A stretch of 64,000 bases of DNA from Candidatus Latescibacterota bacterium (GTDB taxonomy: Bacteria > Latescibacterota > UBA2968). A program made the position numbers and the translations under genes. Positions 28,462 to 38,841 of this stretch are shown one piece after another. Location of the stretch: positions 3,328,001 to 3,392,000 of the forward strand of contig OZ242010.1 of NCBI GenBank assembly GCA_965204745.1, given 5' to 3'. Numbering within the stretch: position 1 is the stretch's first letter; each line of letters begins with the position of its first letter. The notes below the pieces were generated by a model. It was not told the origin of the DNA. It ran no database searches and saw only the letters and a list, made by a program, of their open reading frames with translations.

Positions 28462-29475
28462 ATGAACATGCAAAAAGCGATAGCAAAAGCGATCGACGGC
28501 GATGACCTGCGCCGCGATGAGATGGTCGATGTGATGAATCAGATCATGTCGGGCGAGGCGACGGATGCACAGATCGGCGCGTTTTTGATCGCGTTGCGGC
28601 TGAAGGGCGAAAGCGTGGATGAAATCGCAGGCGCCGCAGCGGTGATGCGCGAAAAAGCCACCCCCATTGCCACAAAGCACGACGTGATCGTGGATACCTG
28701 CGGCACTGGGGGCGATCATTCGGGCACGTTCAACATTTCGACCACCGCGGCATTTGTCGCGGCCGGCGCGGGCTTGTGCGTTGCCAAACACGGCAATCGC
28801 GCCGCGACGAGTCAGAGCGGTAGCGCGGATGTGCTCATGGCTTTGGGGGTCAATATCGAGGCATCGCCCGAAACCGTGAGCCAATGTCTCGACGAGGTGG
28901 GCATCGGATTTTTGTTTGCCCCTGCATTGCACGGGGCCATGAAATACGCCATCGGGCCGCGCCGGGAACTCGGGGTGCGGACCATTTTTAACGCGCTGGG
29001 GCCATTGACCAACCCCGCGGGCGCGAGGCGGCAGGTGATCGGCGTGTACAGCGCGGCATTGACCGAAACGCTAGCAGGTGTTTTGGCGACGCTGGGGGCA
29101 GAACGCGCTTACGTCGTTCACGGGGCGGACGGTTTGGATGAAATGACCCTCACGGGCCCGACAAAGGTGAGCGAACTCAAGGACGGGGCCGTTTCGACAT
29201 ATCGCGTTTCGCCGGGGGAGGTCGGCTTGGGCCAAGCGCGTGCCGACGCGCTCAAAGGCGGCGATGCCGATAGCAATGCCGCGATCACCCTGTCGGTCTT
29301 AAAAGGCGCGGAAGGCCCGGCGCGCGACATCGTGTTGCTCAATGCCGCCGCCGCCATTGTCGCAGGCGGTAAAGCGAGCGATTTGCGCGAAGGCGTTCAG
29401 GTCGCTGCGGAGGCGATTGATTCGGGCAGGGCAATGGCGAAATTGGAGGCTCTGATTGAGGCGAGCAATCGGTAA
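28462..29475 (+). CDS. trpD: Anthranilate phosphoribosyltransferase
   Basis: DTCGTGGD, FNISTT, KHGNR, GSADVL, GPLTNPA, DGLDE. Confidence 0.96.
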   Translation: MNMQKAIAKAIDGDDLRRDEMVDVMNQIMSGEATDAQIGAFLIALRLKGESVDEIAGAAAVMREKATPIATKHDVIVDTCGTGGDHSGTFNISTTAAFVAAGAGLCVAKHGNRAATSQSGSADVLMALGVNIEASPETVSQCLDEVGIGFLFAPALHGAMKYAIGPRRELGVRTIFNALGPLTNPAGARRQVIGVYSAALTETLAGVLATLGAERAYVVHGADGLDEMTLTGPTKVSELKDGAVSTYRVSPGEVGLGQARADALKGGDADSNAAITLSVLKGAEGPARDIVLLNAAAAIVAGGKASDLREGVQVAAEAIDSGRAMAKLEALIEASNR

Positions 29476-29478
29476 GGA

Positions 29479-29517
29479 TCAGTTGTCAGTTGTCAGTTGT
29501 CAGTTGTCAGTTATCAG
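29479..29517 (+). repeat. (CAGTTGT)n heptamer tract
   Basis: About five tandem copies; the same unit occurs at 49487-49519. Confidence 0.85.
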
Positions 29518-29578
29518 TCCCCAACCCCGCTGCTGTCCCACCTCTCCCGTCTCACCTCTCCCGTCTCACCATTTCCCC

Positions 29579-29646
29579 TTGCGTCCATTTGGGCGAGTTT
29601 GTATATTCTACTTTCGCCTTTGGCACTCTGCACAACGGAGTGCCAA
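29579..29646 (+). promoter_or_regulatory. groESL promoter and CIRCE (HrcA operator)
   Basis: TTGCGT-N17-TATATT (29579-29607); TTGGCACTC-N9-GAGTGCCAA (29620-29646). Confidence 0.92.
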
Positions 29647-29680
29647 CGCCTTTAACCATATCGTTCAAGGAGGTTTTTAG

Positions 29681-31605
<1,925 letters not shown>

Positions 31606-31629
31606 ATCGCGTGCTCGGCATGCTTCACG

Positions 31630-31663
31630 AGGGGTTGACCACGGGTCAGCCCCTTTTTTGTTT
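31630..31663 (+). terminator. Intrinsic terminator after groEL
   Basis: GGGGTTGACC-acg-GGTCAGCCCC-TTTTTT. Confidence 0.85.
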
Positions 31664-31755
31664 GGTTGAATTTATGGGGAAATTTGTCTATATTACGGGC
31701 ACATAAAGAAAATTTAAGCGCGTATTTGTCGATCACCCATCAATGAAAGGACAGT

Positions 31756-33129
31756 ATGGCAAAAACAAACCCTCAAGTTGACGAACCCCAAGACGCGACA
31801 ACCCAACGTCCGTCAAAAAAGCGCGCGACGAAGAAGCCGACCAAGAAGCCGGTGAAGAAACAGCGGGCGGATCAAACGACCGACGAAGCCACCACATCCT
31901 CGGCGCCGCGGACCACCAAAAAGCGCGCGACGAAGAAGCCCGCCAAGAAAGCCAAGAAGCCGGTGAAGAAACAGCGGGCGACCTCAAAACAAGAGAATGC
32001 GGATGACGCCGCATCCTCGGCGCCGCGGACCACCAAAAAGCGCGCGGCGAAGAAGCCGACCAAAAAGGCGACCAAGAAGCCGGTGAAGAAACAGCGGGCG
32101 GATCAAACGACCGACGAAGCTCCCGCGACATCCCCTGCACAGAGCACAGCGAAAAAGCGCACGACGAAGAAGCCCGCCAAGAAAGTCAAGAAGCCTGCAA
32201 AAAAGGCCAAAAAGCCCGCCGCAACAGAAGCGCGTGCAGAGACGCCGCCCAAACCGAGCGCGGAGCAGGTCGAGACAACCGCGGTCGGGGATCGGGGTCA
32301 GCAAAAAGCCGAGACAACGGCTCCTGCTGATCGGGCACAACAGCAGGTCGAGACAACCGCGGTCAGGGATCGGGGTCAGCAAAAAGCCGAGACAACGGCT
32401 CCTGCTGATCAGGCACAACAAAAGGTCGAAACACCGCCAGCCACGGATCAAGCGCGAAAAGCAGAGCCGGCCGGGCAAACGCCTGAAGCCGAAGAAATGC
32501 AGTGGGGACGGCGGACCAAGCGGTCGGGGCCTATCGGTTGGGAAGGTCGCGTTGGCGCCAGTCCACCCGTTCAACCCACGCGGCGCCCGGACGCGCAGGC
32601 AGACGCGCCAGCCGTTGAAACACCCGCTGAACCAGAGCCAAAACCACCACCGCCGCCTCCTCGCGCGGCCCAACGCAACGATCAAAACGACCGGAAGACA
32701 CAACGGCCTTCGAGCAATCGCAACAGGAATGAGAAGAAGCCCGACGGGGCTTCGCGCAAACTCGCGGAAATTTTGGCGCAATCGTGGACAGAAGACAAAA
32801 CCCGTCGCTTTCTCGGCGAGGGCTTTCTGAGCAGTTTGTCCGCCGATTTGGTCGATACTGGCAAAGGGGCATCCCTCCCAGACGCCGAGGCACTCAAAAA
32901 ACCCATGGAGATGATCCGCAAGGTTCTGGCCGATGAGTGCATGGTTGCAGATGATGTGTCGGATTTGCTGTTGCTCGACTTGGTGATGAATGCCCTGTCC
33001 GACCGCATTGACGTGTGCCGGTTGCAGGCCGAATCAAATTCGCTGGCAGATATCGACGTGATTTTGGAATTGCGCCACAAGGCGGATCGGCGATTGATCG
33101 AAGCCGTGAATGCCCTGAAGAATGCGTGA
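31756..33129 (+). CDS. Hypothetical protein with Lys/Ala/Pro/Thr-rich (histone H1-like) repeats and a helical C-terminal domain
   Basis: KKRATKKPAKK repeats, tandem DNA repeats, RBS GAAAGGA, downstream terminator. Confidence 0.75.
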   Translation: MAKTNPQVDEPQDATTQRPSKKRATKKPTKKPVKKQRADQTTDEATTSSAPRTTKKRATKKPAKKAKKPVKKQRATSKQENADDAASSAPRTTKKRAAKKPTKKATKKPVKKQRADQTTDEAPATSPAQSTAKKRTTKKPAKKVKKPAKKAKKPAATEARAETPPKPSAEQVETTAVGDRGQQKAETTAPADRAQQQVETTAVRDRGQQKAETTAPADQAQQKVETPPATDQARKAEPAGQTPEAEEMQWGRRTKRSGPIGWEGRVGASPPVQPTRRPDAQADAPAVETPAEPEPKPPPPPPRAAQRNDQNDRKTQRPSSNRNRNEKKPDGASRKLAEILAQSWTEDKTRRFLGEGFLSSLSADLVDTGKGASLPDAEALKKPMEMIRKVLADECMVADDVSDLLLLDLVMNALSDRIDVCRLQAESNSLADIDVILELRHKADRRLIEAVNALKNA

Positions 33130-33151
33130 GAAGGTCGTTTTTTAACCACGT

Positions 33152-33190
33152 AAAAGCCCCGCCTGATTTTTGTCAGACGGGGCTTTTTTT
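33152..33190 (+). terminator. Bidirectional intrinsic terminator
   Basis: AAAAGCCCCGCCTGA-tttttg-TCAGACGGGGCTTTTTTT. Confidence 0.85.
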
Positions 33191-33609
33191 AACTTGATTT
33201 TTTTTAGGACTAAAGTGATGCGATATACTGATAGCAAGCCATCCATCCCCTTGACGTTCCGCAGTCATTCAGAGAAGCCATCGCAAAAGACCATCGCAAA
33301 AGACCATCAGCTAAAGCCATCATGCACAGCGCGCAAGGCCGTCTCGCAACCAATGTCCATTATGCCAACCCACTTTGCAGGCTAGCGCATGTCGTGCTGT
33401 TACAAAAGTGCTTTGCGCTGTGCAAGCCCCTCGGCGTTTGAGAGCGGCATTTTTTGCCTACTTTTTTTTGCTGTTGAAAAAAAGTAGGTCGCCGAAGGCA
33501 TCGAAAGCAACAAACGATGCGATAGGGCCAAACGTTTTAGATGAGCAACGCATGATTTGTACGGAATATCTGTTCCACAGTCATCCCCGATGCTTCAGCG
33601 CGGGGTTCT

Positions 33610-35580
33610 TCACGCCCAACCATGCACGCCGTGACCGCCGCCGGGAAACCAGATCAGATCCACGATGAACGAGACGAGCACGCCCGTGGCCCTGCCGGCG
33701 ATGATGCCAAAAAAGAGCGGGCGATATTTTTGGTAGAGCGACACGCCGCCCACCCGAATGACGATGGCTTTGAACAGATAGACGATGATGAGTGAGGTGA
33801 TTTCGTGGAGAATGCTCGTCGTGGTAATGATGAAGCCCACGGGGTGAACCGGCCACCAGGGCAGGCGATAGCGCAGGGCAGTGAGGATGGCAAAAACCAT
33901 GCCCCCAAACGCGAACAACACCATCCGTTCCCAAGACGCCGGTTCGGGCGATTTGATTTTGGTGACGATGGCGTCGTACAGGCGGGGCGCGTACCGGGTA
34001 AAGGGATATTCCGTAAAATTGTACGCCCCGTGCGCGTACCCCAAGTAGAGCACCATCGAGATGTTGACCACGAGCGCGCCGCCCAAGCCCAAGAGCATCA
34101 CCCAAAAGAGCGTGCGTTTGTGGCCCGGCACTTGGTCGAAAATTTTGGCATTCTGCGACAGTGCGGGCATGAACAGCATCCAGCGCAAGGCGTGGGCGGT
34201 CGATCCCACGGCAATGGTCTTGGGATCGATGGTAACCGTGCCGATGAGTTGAAAGCCCATATCGAGCGGCGTTGTGGGAATGCCCAAGTACAGGGTGCCG
34301 GATTCGCACACAAAGCGCGCCAGGGCGATGTAGATGACCAGGGCGGCCGGCACCGTGATCGCCAAAAGACTCGGCGCGACCCCGGCTTTGAGCAGCCAAG
34401 CGATGATGTAGATGAGGCCGAGTATCAAGCCGATCACAGCCGTGCGGTAAGACAGGAGTTCGTCCGCGTCCTCCACATCGGGATCGTTTGTCCACGCTTT
34501 CCGGAAGACCGCCTTCAGGTGTCGCCGCGCGGTCCAAAGCCCCCAGGCGACGAACACGAACAGCGCGCCCAGGCATTGCCACTGCACCAGGGGATCGCCC
34601 CATCCCCCGCCTTTTTGGTGCATGCGCCCAAACTGAAAGCCGGTTTTTCGGATCAGCGCGATTTCGCCCATCAGCAAGAAGTGGAAGAACCAGATCGAAA
34701 ACAGGATTTCGAGGTTGACAAAATACCCAAAGCCAATGGTGTACGTGTTGATGTGCGTCAACAAGGGCGGGAAGAGGCGCGCAAAATAAAAAAGCCCGGC
34801 ATTGGGGCTCATGCTGATGCGGGGCACGGTGGTGTAAAAATAGGTGATGATGTTCCAGCCGATGATGCCAAATGCCAGGCCAAAGCCTATCCAAAAGAGG
34901 TAGCCCAGGGTCGGCCAGCCATTTTGCGCCGAGGACTCGCGCCCGACCATTTCGAGCACAGGCGCGAGCAGGGGATAGTCCAAGCGTTCGCTTTCGACCC
35001 ATTGCTTGCGAAGGATGACCACGATGCAAAAGCACACGCCAAAACCGGCCAGAATCAACGTGACCCACCAAAAAATCGGTCCGATCCAACCTTCCCAAGG
35101 GATGGGGACGCCAGAGGGCAGGCCCTCGTAGAGAAACGTGGTTTGGCGGTGGTCATTGGCCGGAAAGAGATAGGGCGAGAGATGGGGTTGGACATTGTCG
35201 ATCCACCCGTTTTCCGGGGTTGCCAAATAATAGGGCGCAGCCATCAGGCCCAGCCAGATGCCGGTGAGGCCGCGTGCGGGGATGATTGCGCCGATCAGGC
35301 CCATGGCGAAGATGACGGCCAATTCTCGGTTCTCGAGCCCCTGTCTGCCAAATCGAATTTTCAGGAGGGTATTGACCGCAAAAACGCAGAGGAAGATGGC
35401 GAAGATGGCGACGGGCAGGTGGGTGATGTTGACCGCGGACGTATTGGCAGCCGTGCGCGAATACGTCACCCACGCGCTCGCCAGACACGAGATCACCAGC
35501 CCGAAGACAATGCTGCGAGGCGTGATGCGCGCCGCTTTGCGATCCGCAACGGTGGCAGATGGGGTTTGGAGAAGGGCCAT
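33610..35580 (-). CDS. DUF6785/DUF6784-like polytopic membrane protein (putative peptide transporter)
   Basis: ILRKQWVESERLDYPL, WWPVHPVGF, YQKYRPLFFGII; many transmembrane segments. Confidence 0.78.
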   Translation of the reverse strand: MALLQTPSATVADRKAARITPRSIVFGLVISCLASAWVTYSRTAANTSAVNITHLPVAIFAIFLCVFAVNTLLKIRFGRQGLENRELAVIFAMGLIGAIIPARGLTGIWLGLMAAPYYLATPENGWIDNVQPHLSPYLFPANDHRQTTFLYEGLPSGVPIPWEGWIGPIFWWVTLILAGFGVCFCIVVILRKQWVESERLDYPLLAPVLEMVGRESSAQNGWPTLGYLFWIGFGLAFGIIGWNIITYFYTTVPRISMSPNAGLFYFARLFPPLLTHINTYTIGFGYFVNLEILFSIWFFHFLLMGEIALIRKTGFQFGRMHQKGGGWGDPLVQWQCLGALFVFVAWGLWTARRHLKAVFRKAWTNDPDVEDADELLSYRTAVIGLILGLIYIIAWLLKAGVAPSLLAITVPAALVIYIALARFVCESGTLYLGIPTTPLDMGFQLIGTVTIDPKTIAVGSTAHALRWMLFMPALSQNAKIFDQVPGHKRTLFWVMLLGLGGALVVNISMVLYLGYAHGAYNFTEYPFTRYAPRLYDAIVTKIKSPEPASWERMVLFAFGGMVFAILTALRYRLPWWPVHPVGFIITTTSILHEITSLIIVYLFKAIVIRVGGVSLYQKYRPLFFGIIAGRATGVLVSFIVDLIWFPGGGHGVHGWA

Positions 35581-35812
35581 GGCGTTTTGTTCGTCAATTT
35601 TTCATTTGAAGCGAGCCAGATTTGTTTTGCGTTTTGAAATTGCACGGCCTTAATATATAGGTATATCAAAGTAATAATACCAATTTGATTTTTAGGTTGT
35701 GTTGACATTTCATTTTTTTGACGTTACGCACAGATTAGCAAATGTGTTGCTTCTTGCTCATTTAAGGCGTTTGGTCCTTTGATGGCTTAGGTTGCTCTGA
35801 TGGCTTGACCGA

Positions 35813-36004
35813 GGGGACCTATCCCCCGGCCCCTTTCCTACGAGGAAAGGGGAGTAAAGCTCCTTTGATGGCTTATAGCTCTGGTTGCTCTGATGGCGTT
35901 TTGCGAGGGCATAAAGCGATTAAATATCCCTCATCCATACCCTCGCAAAACCGCTCACAGTTCCCCCCTTCCTCGCAGGAAGGGGGGTTAGGGGGGTAGG
36001 TCCC
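35813..36004. mobile_element. MITE/REP-doublet-like element
   Basis: Inverted ends GGGACCTA.CCCC...CCCCTTTCCT.GAGGAAAGGGG; reverse-complement homolog at 41896-42121. Confidence 0.6.
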
Positions 36005-36267
36005 GATAAGGCGCGACCATTTCAGTTTCTCAAACCGAGGGCATATTCTGCGATAGGGCTTGATTTTTTTTTACACCGCCCCATCCAGTTGCTTTGCTCG
36101 TAAATGTCAACACAGCCTAAATTGATTTGGTATTGTCCGTATCCTGCCTCCCATCCGAGATGAATGAGAAACAGATGTTCCGTAGGGATCAGGCGGTGCT
36201 TGTCTAAAGCGTTGTTTTTTGCGGTTGCGTTTCGCCTTGATTCGCCTATTCGCCCGAGGTCGCCATC

Positions 36268-37752
36268 ATGCGTTTTGTCATCGGATTCTTGCTCGTATTC
36301 AGCGCGAGGTCCGCGCTGGCCCAATCGCCACCCGTGCTGGCCGATTACAATGCCGAGGTGCGAGGGGCCGATGGCCGAGTGGATGTGCCCGTGTTGGTGC
36401 GCCGCTTGTCTGAACTGCGCGTCAACACCTACTTTTTTTTGATCTGGCACAGGGCGACCGATTGGGACGATCTCAAGCGGTTTTTGCCCGCAGCGCGCGA
36501 CGCGGGGATCGACGCCTGGGTTTATCTGGTGCCGCCATCGGAAAGCCCGCCGATTTACGGGACGCGGTATTCCGAGCCGTTTCGCTTGGACTACCCGCGC
36601 TGGGCAGAAGAGATCGCGCGGTTGTCCCTCGCGCATGCCAATTTGAAGGCATTTGTGATCGACGACTTTTGGGCGAATCGCAAGGTGTACACCCCGGCTT
36701 ATGTGGGGGACATGCGCCAGCGGGCACGGGCCGTCAATCCGGATCTCGAGTTTTGGCCCCTGATGTATTACCGCGAGTTGAACAGGGAATTTATCGAGGG
36801 CTACGGCGAGGCCATTGACGGCGTGGTGGCGGCCTATCCAAAGACCGAGCAGAGCGTGCAACGCGCTTGGCTGTTGTTAAATGACCGCTTGGACATGCCC
36901 GCACGGTGGCAATTTTCCTACCCCTCGTACACGCGGTCCGCGGTGGGCGATTACGCCAGCATCCAACGCGGGTTTCGCGTGCTGCCCGGCGCGGCGCGCT
37001 ACACCCTGCGCTTGGCGCAACAAGACAGCTATGAGGGGCCGACCGCGGGCTACCACTTCAAGCAAGTGCTCATCGATGACCAAGTGGCGTGGGAAGAAGA
37101 CGTGGCCGGCGGCGAGCGGATATGGCAAACAGTCGATTTGCCCCTCGCGTCTTGGGCAAAAGAAAAATCCCATGTCGCCCTGACCCTTCGGGTTTATGAC
37201 CGCAAGCGCGTGTCCAATTTCCCGGTCACTGTGGAGATCCAAGAACCCGTCGTAGAGGGCTTGGTCGCAGAGGGGGAATGGCAGAGCGCAACGCGAGGTC
37301 GCTGGCGTGTGAATTTCGCGCCGGCCTATCATAGCGCGGGCGAGTATCGCATTCCCCTGGTGGTGATGATCGCGGCGAACCAACCGCAGTTCGTCAAGCG
37401 CAACGGCGAACCTGCCACGCCTGACCGCATCCGCGACAAGGTGAAGATGGCACTGGTGCAACGGCGTCGGGGTTTTTGCGAGGGCGTGGTGACTTACGCG
37501 CTGCCCAAAGCCCCGGATGACGCGATTTTCAAATCCATCAGACGGCTTTTTTTGAAAGCGAGCACATCCCGCAGTGCGGATTTTGATGGCAACGGACTCG
37601 TGGGGTTTGAAGATTTTCTCCTGTTCGCCAATGCGTTCGGGAAGGTGGTGGGCGAATACGCGACTGTGTTCGCCCGTTTTGATTTGGATTTGGACGGGCG
37701 AGTGGGCATGGGCGATTTTCTGCTTTTCGCACAGGCGTATGGCGAGACGTGA
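36268..37752 (+). CDS. Secreted protein, possible glycoside-hydrolase barrel with C-terminal dockerin/EF-hand tail
   Basis: Signal peptide; WVYLVPPSES, FVIDDF; tail ADFDGNGLVGFEDFLLFANAFG...FDLDLDGRVGMGDFLLFAQAYG. Confidence 0.65.
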   Translation: MRFVIGFLLVFSARSALAQSPPVLADYNAEVRGADGRVDVPVLVRRLSELRVNTYFFLIWHRATDWDDLKRFLPAARDAGIDAWVYLVPPSESPPIYGTRYSEPFRLDYPRWAEEIARLSLAHANLKAFVIDDFWANRKVYTPAYVGDMRQRARAVNPDLEFWPLMYYRELNREFIEGYGEAIDGVVAAYPKTEQSVQRAWLLLNDRLDMPARWQFSYPSYTRSAVGDYASIQRGFRVLPGAARYTLRLAQQDSYEGPTAGYHFKQVLIDDQVAWEEDVAGGERIWQTVDLPLASWAKEKSHVALTLRVYDRKRVSNFPVTVEIQEPVVEGLVAEGEWQSATRGRWRVNFAPAYHSAGEYRIPLVVMIAANQPQFVKRNGEPATPDRIRDKVKMALVQRRRGFCEGVVTYALPKAPDDAIFKSIRRLFLKASTSRSADFDGNGLVGFEDFLLFANAFGKVVGEYATVFARFDLDLDGRVGMGDFLLFAQAYGET

Positions 37753-37796
37753 GAGGCGAGAGGCAAGAGGTGAAAGGCGGATTGTAGGTTTTGGCT

Positions 37797-38204
37797 ATGA
37801 AGATATACCTCGACATGTGTACCATACAATGTCCGTTCGACACCAAAACACAACTGCGTATTGTCGTTGAAACAGAGGCGGTTATGGGGATTATCGCGCT
37901 TTGTGAATCTGGACAAATCAACTTGATGGCCTCAGACGCGCTGGTGTTTGAGACAAATCGAAATCCACACCTCTTGCGGAAAAGACATGCGATAGAAGTC
38001 CTCGCAAAAGCAACGCAGTTCATTCAGACAGATCGTCGCGTGGCTGAGCGTGCCCGCGCATACCATGCCTTGGGCATCAAGCCATTGGACGCCCTGCATT
38101 TGGCCTCAGCGGTCGAAGCGCGGGCAGATTACTTATGCACCTGCGACGACAGGTTTCTGAAGCGAGCGCGAACAGCGGATACCTTGCAGACCAAAATTGC
38201 TTGA
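37797..38204 (+). CDS. PIN-domain toxin with probable C-terminal frameshift
   Basis: MKIYLDMC..PFD, IKPLDALHLASA, CTCDDRFL; LELIAEVAQ* continues in another frame to 38229. Confidence 0.8.
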   Translation: MKIYLDMCTIQCPFDTKTQLRIVVETEAVMGIIALCESGQINLMASDALVFETNRNPHLLRKRHAIEVLAKATQFIQTDRRVAERARAYHALGIKPLDALHLASAVEARADYLCTCDDRFLKRARTADTLQTKIA

Positions 38205-38225
38205 ACTCATCGCGGAGGTCGCGCA

Positions 38226-38453
38226 ATGAACGTACAGACAAAACCGCTCAATGACATCACCCAGCAGGCCCTTGCTTTATTGACCAAAGAACTCGGGATT
38301 GCGAACACCATGCGTTTTCTCAACCAGTTTTCACCCGGGTATGGGGACTATACTGTGGAACGGGACGTGCTGTTTGCAGATTTGACCCTCGACGAAATTC
38401 TCGCGGCTATCAAAAATCATAAAGCAACCACAGGTGAAAGGCGGGAGAGGTGA
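38226..38453 (+). CDS. Small putative antitoxin partner
   Basis: LTKELGIANTMRFLNQFSPGYGDYTVER, typical of small genes next to this PIN type. Confidence 0.7.
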   Translation: MNVQTKPLNDITQQALALLTKELGIANTMRFLNQFSPGYGDYTVERDVLFADLTLDEILAAIKNHKATTGERRER

Positions 38454-38810
38454 GAGGCGAGAGGCGAGAGGTGAGAGGCGAGAGGCGAGAGGTGAGAGGC
38501 GAGAGGTGAGAGGCGAGAGGCAAGATGGGATTTTAGCCACGAGCGGGGTACAACTGGCGACAGCCAGTTCAAAGGCACAAAAGGGCGAGATGGGAGGGAG
38601 AGAACATAAGGGCGTAGGCACTGTGCTCACTTGAAGATACAAGGACAGGCACCGGGGCCTGTCCCTACGGATGTGGTAGGGTGTGCGAAGGATATAGCGG
38701 GGGAAAGGCAAAAGCGGCGGTAGGGCGGTGTGGGGTAATCCGCGTAATCTGCGTAATCCGTTTAATCCGCGATCCAGACACGGCGGAATGGGCACGCACG
38801 GGCAGCGGGG
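38445..38810. repeat. Heptamer tract + GTAG-type REP + TAATCCGCG nonamer module
   Basis: (GAGAGGT/C)n 38445-38525; AAGGACAGGCAC..GG.CCTGTCCCTAC at 38641; TAATCCGCG repeats 38736-38779; paralogous module at 59276-59445. Confidence 0.8.
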
Positions 38811-38841
38811 CGGATGAGGGGATTCAATAGGAGGAATCGCA

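Noticed and set aside
33805-35637. Long antisense ORFs (also 39457-41172, 43289-45064, 13175-14149, 24605-25750)
   Set aside because: Shadows of well-supported genes on the opposite strand in GC-rich DNA, with no motifs.
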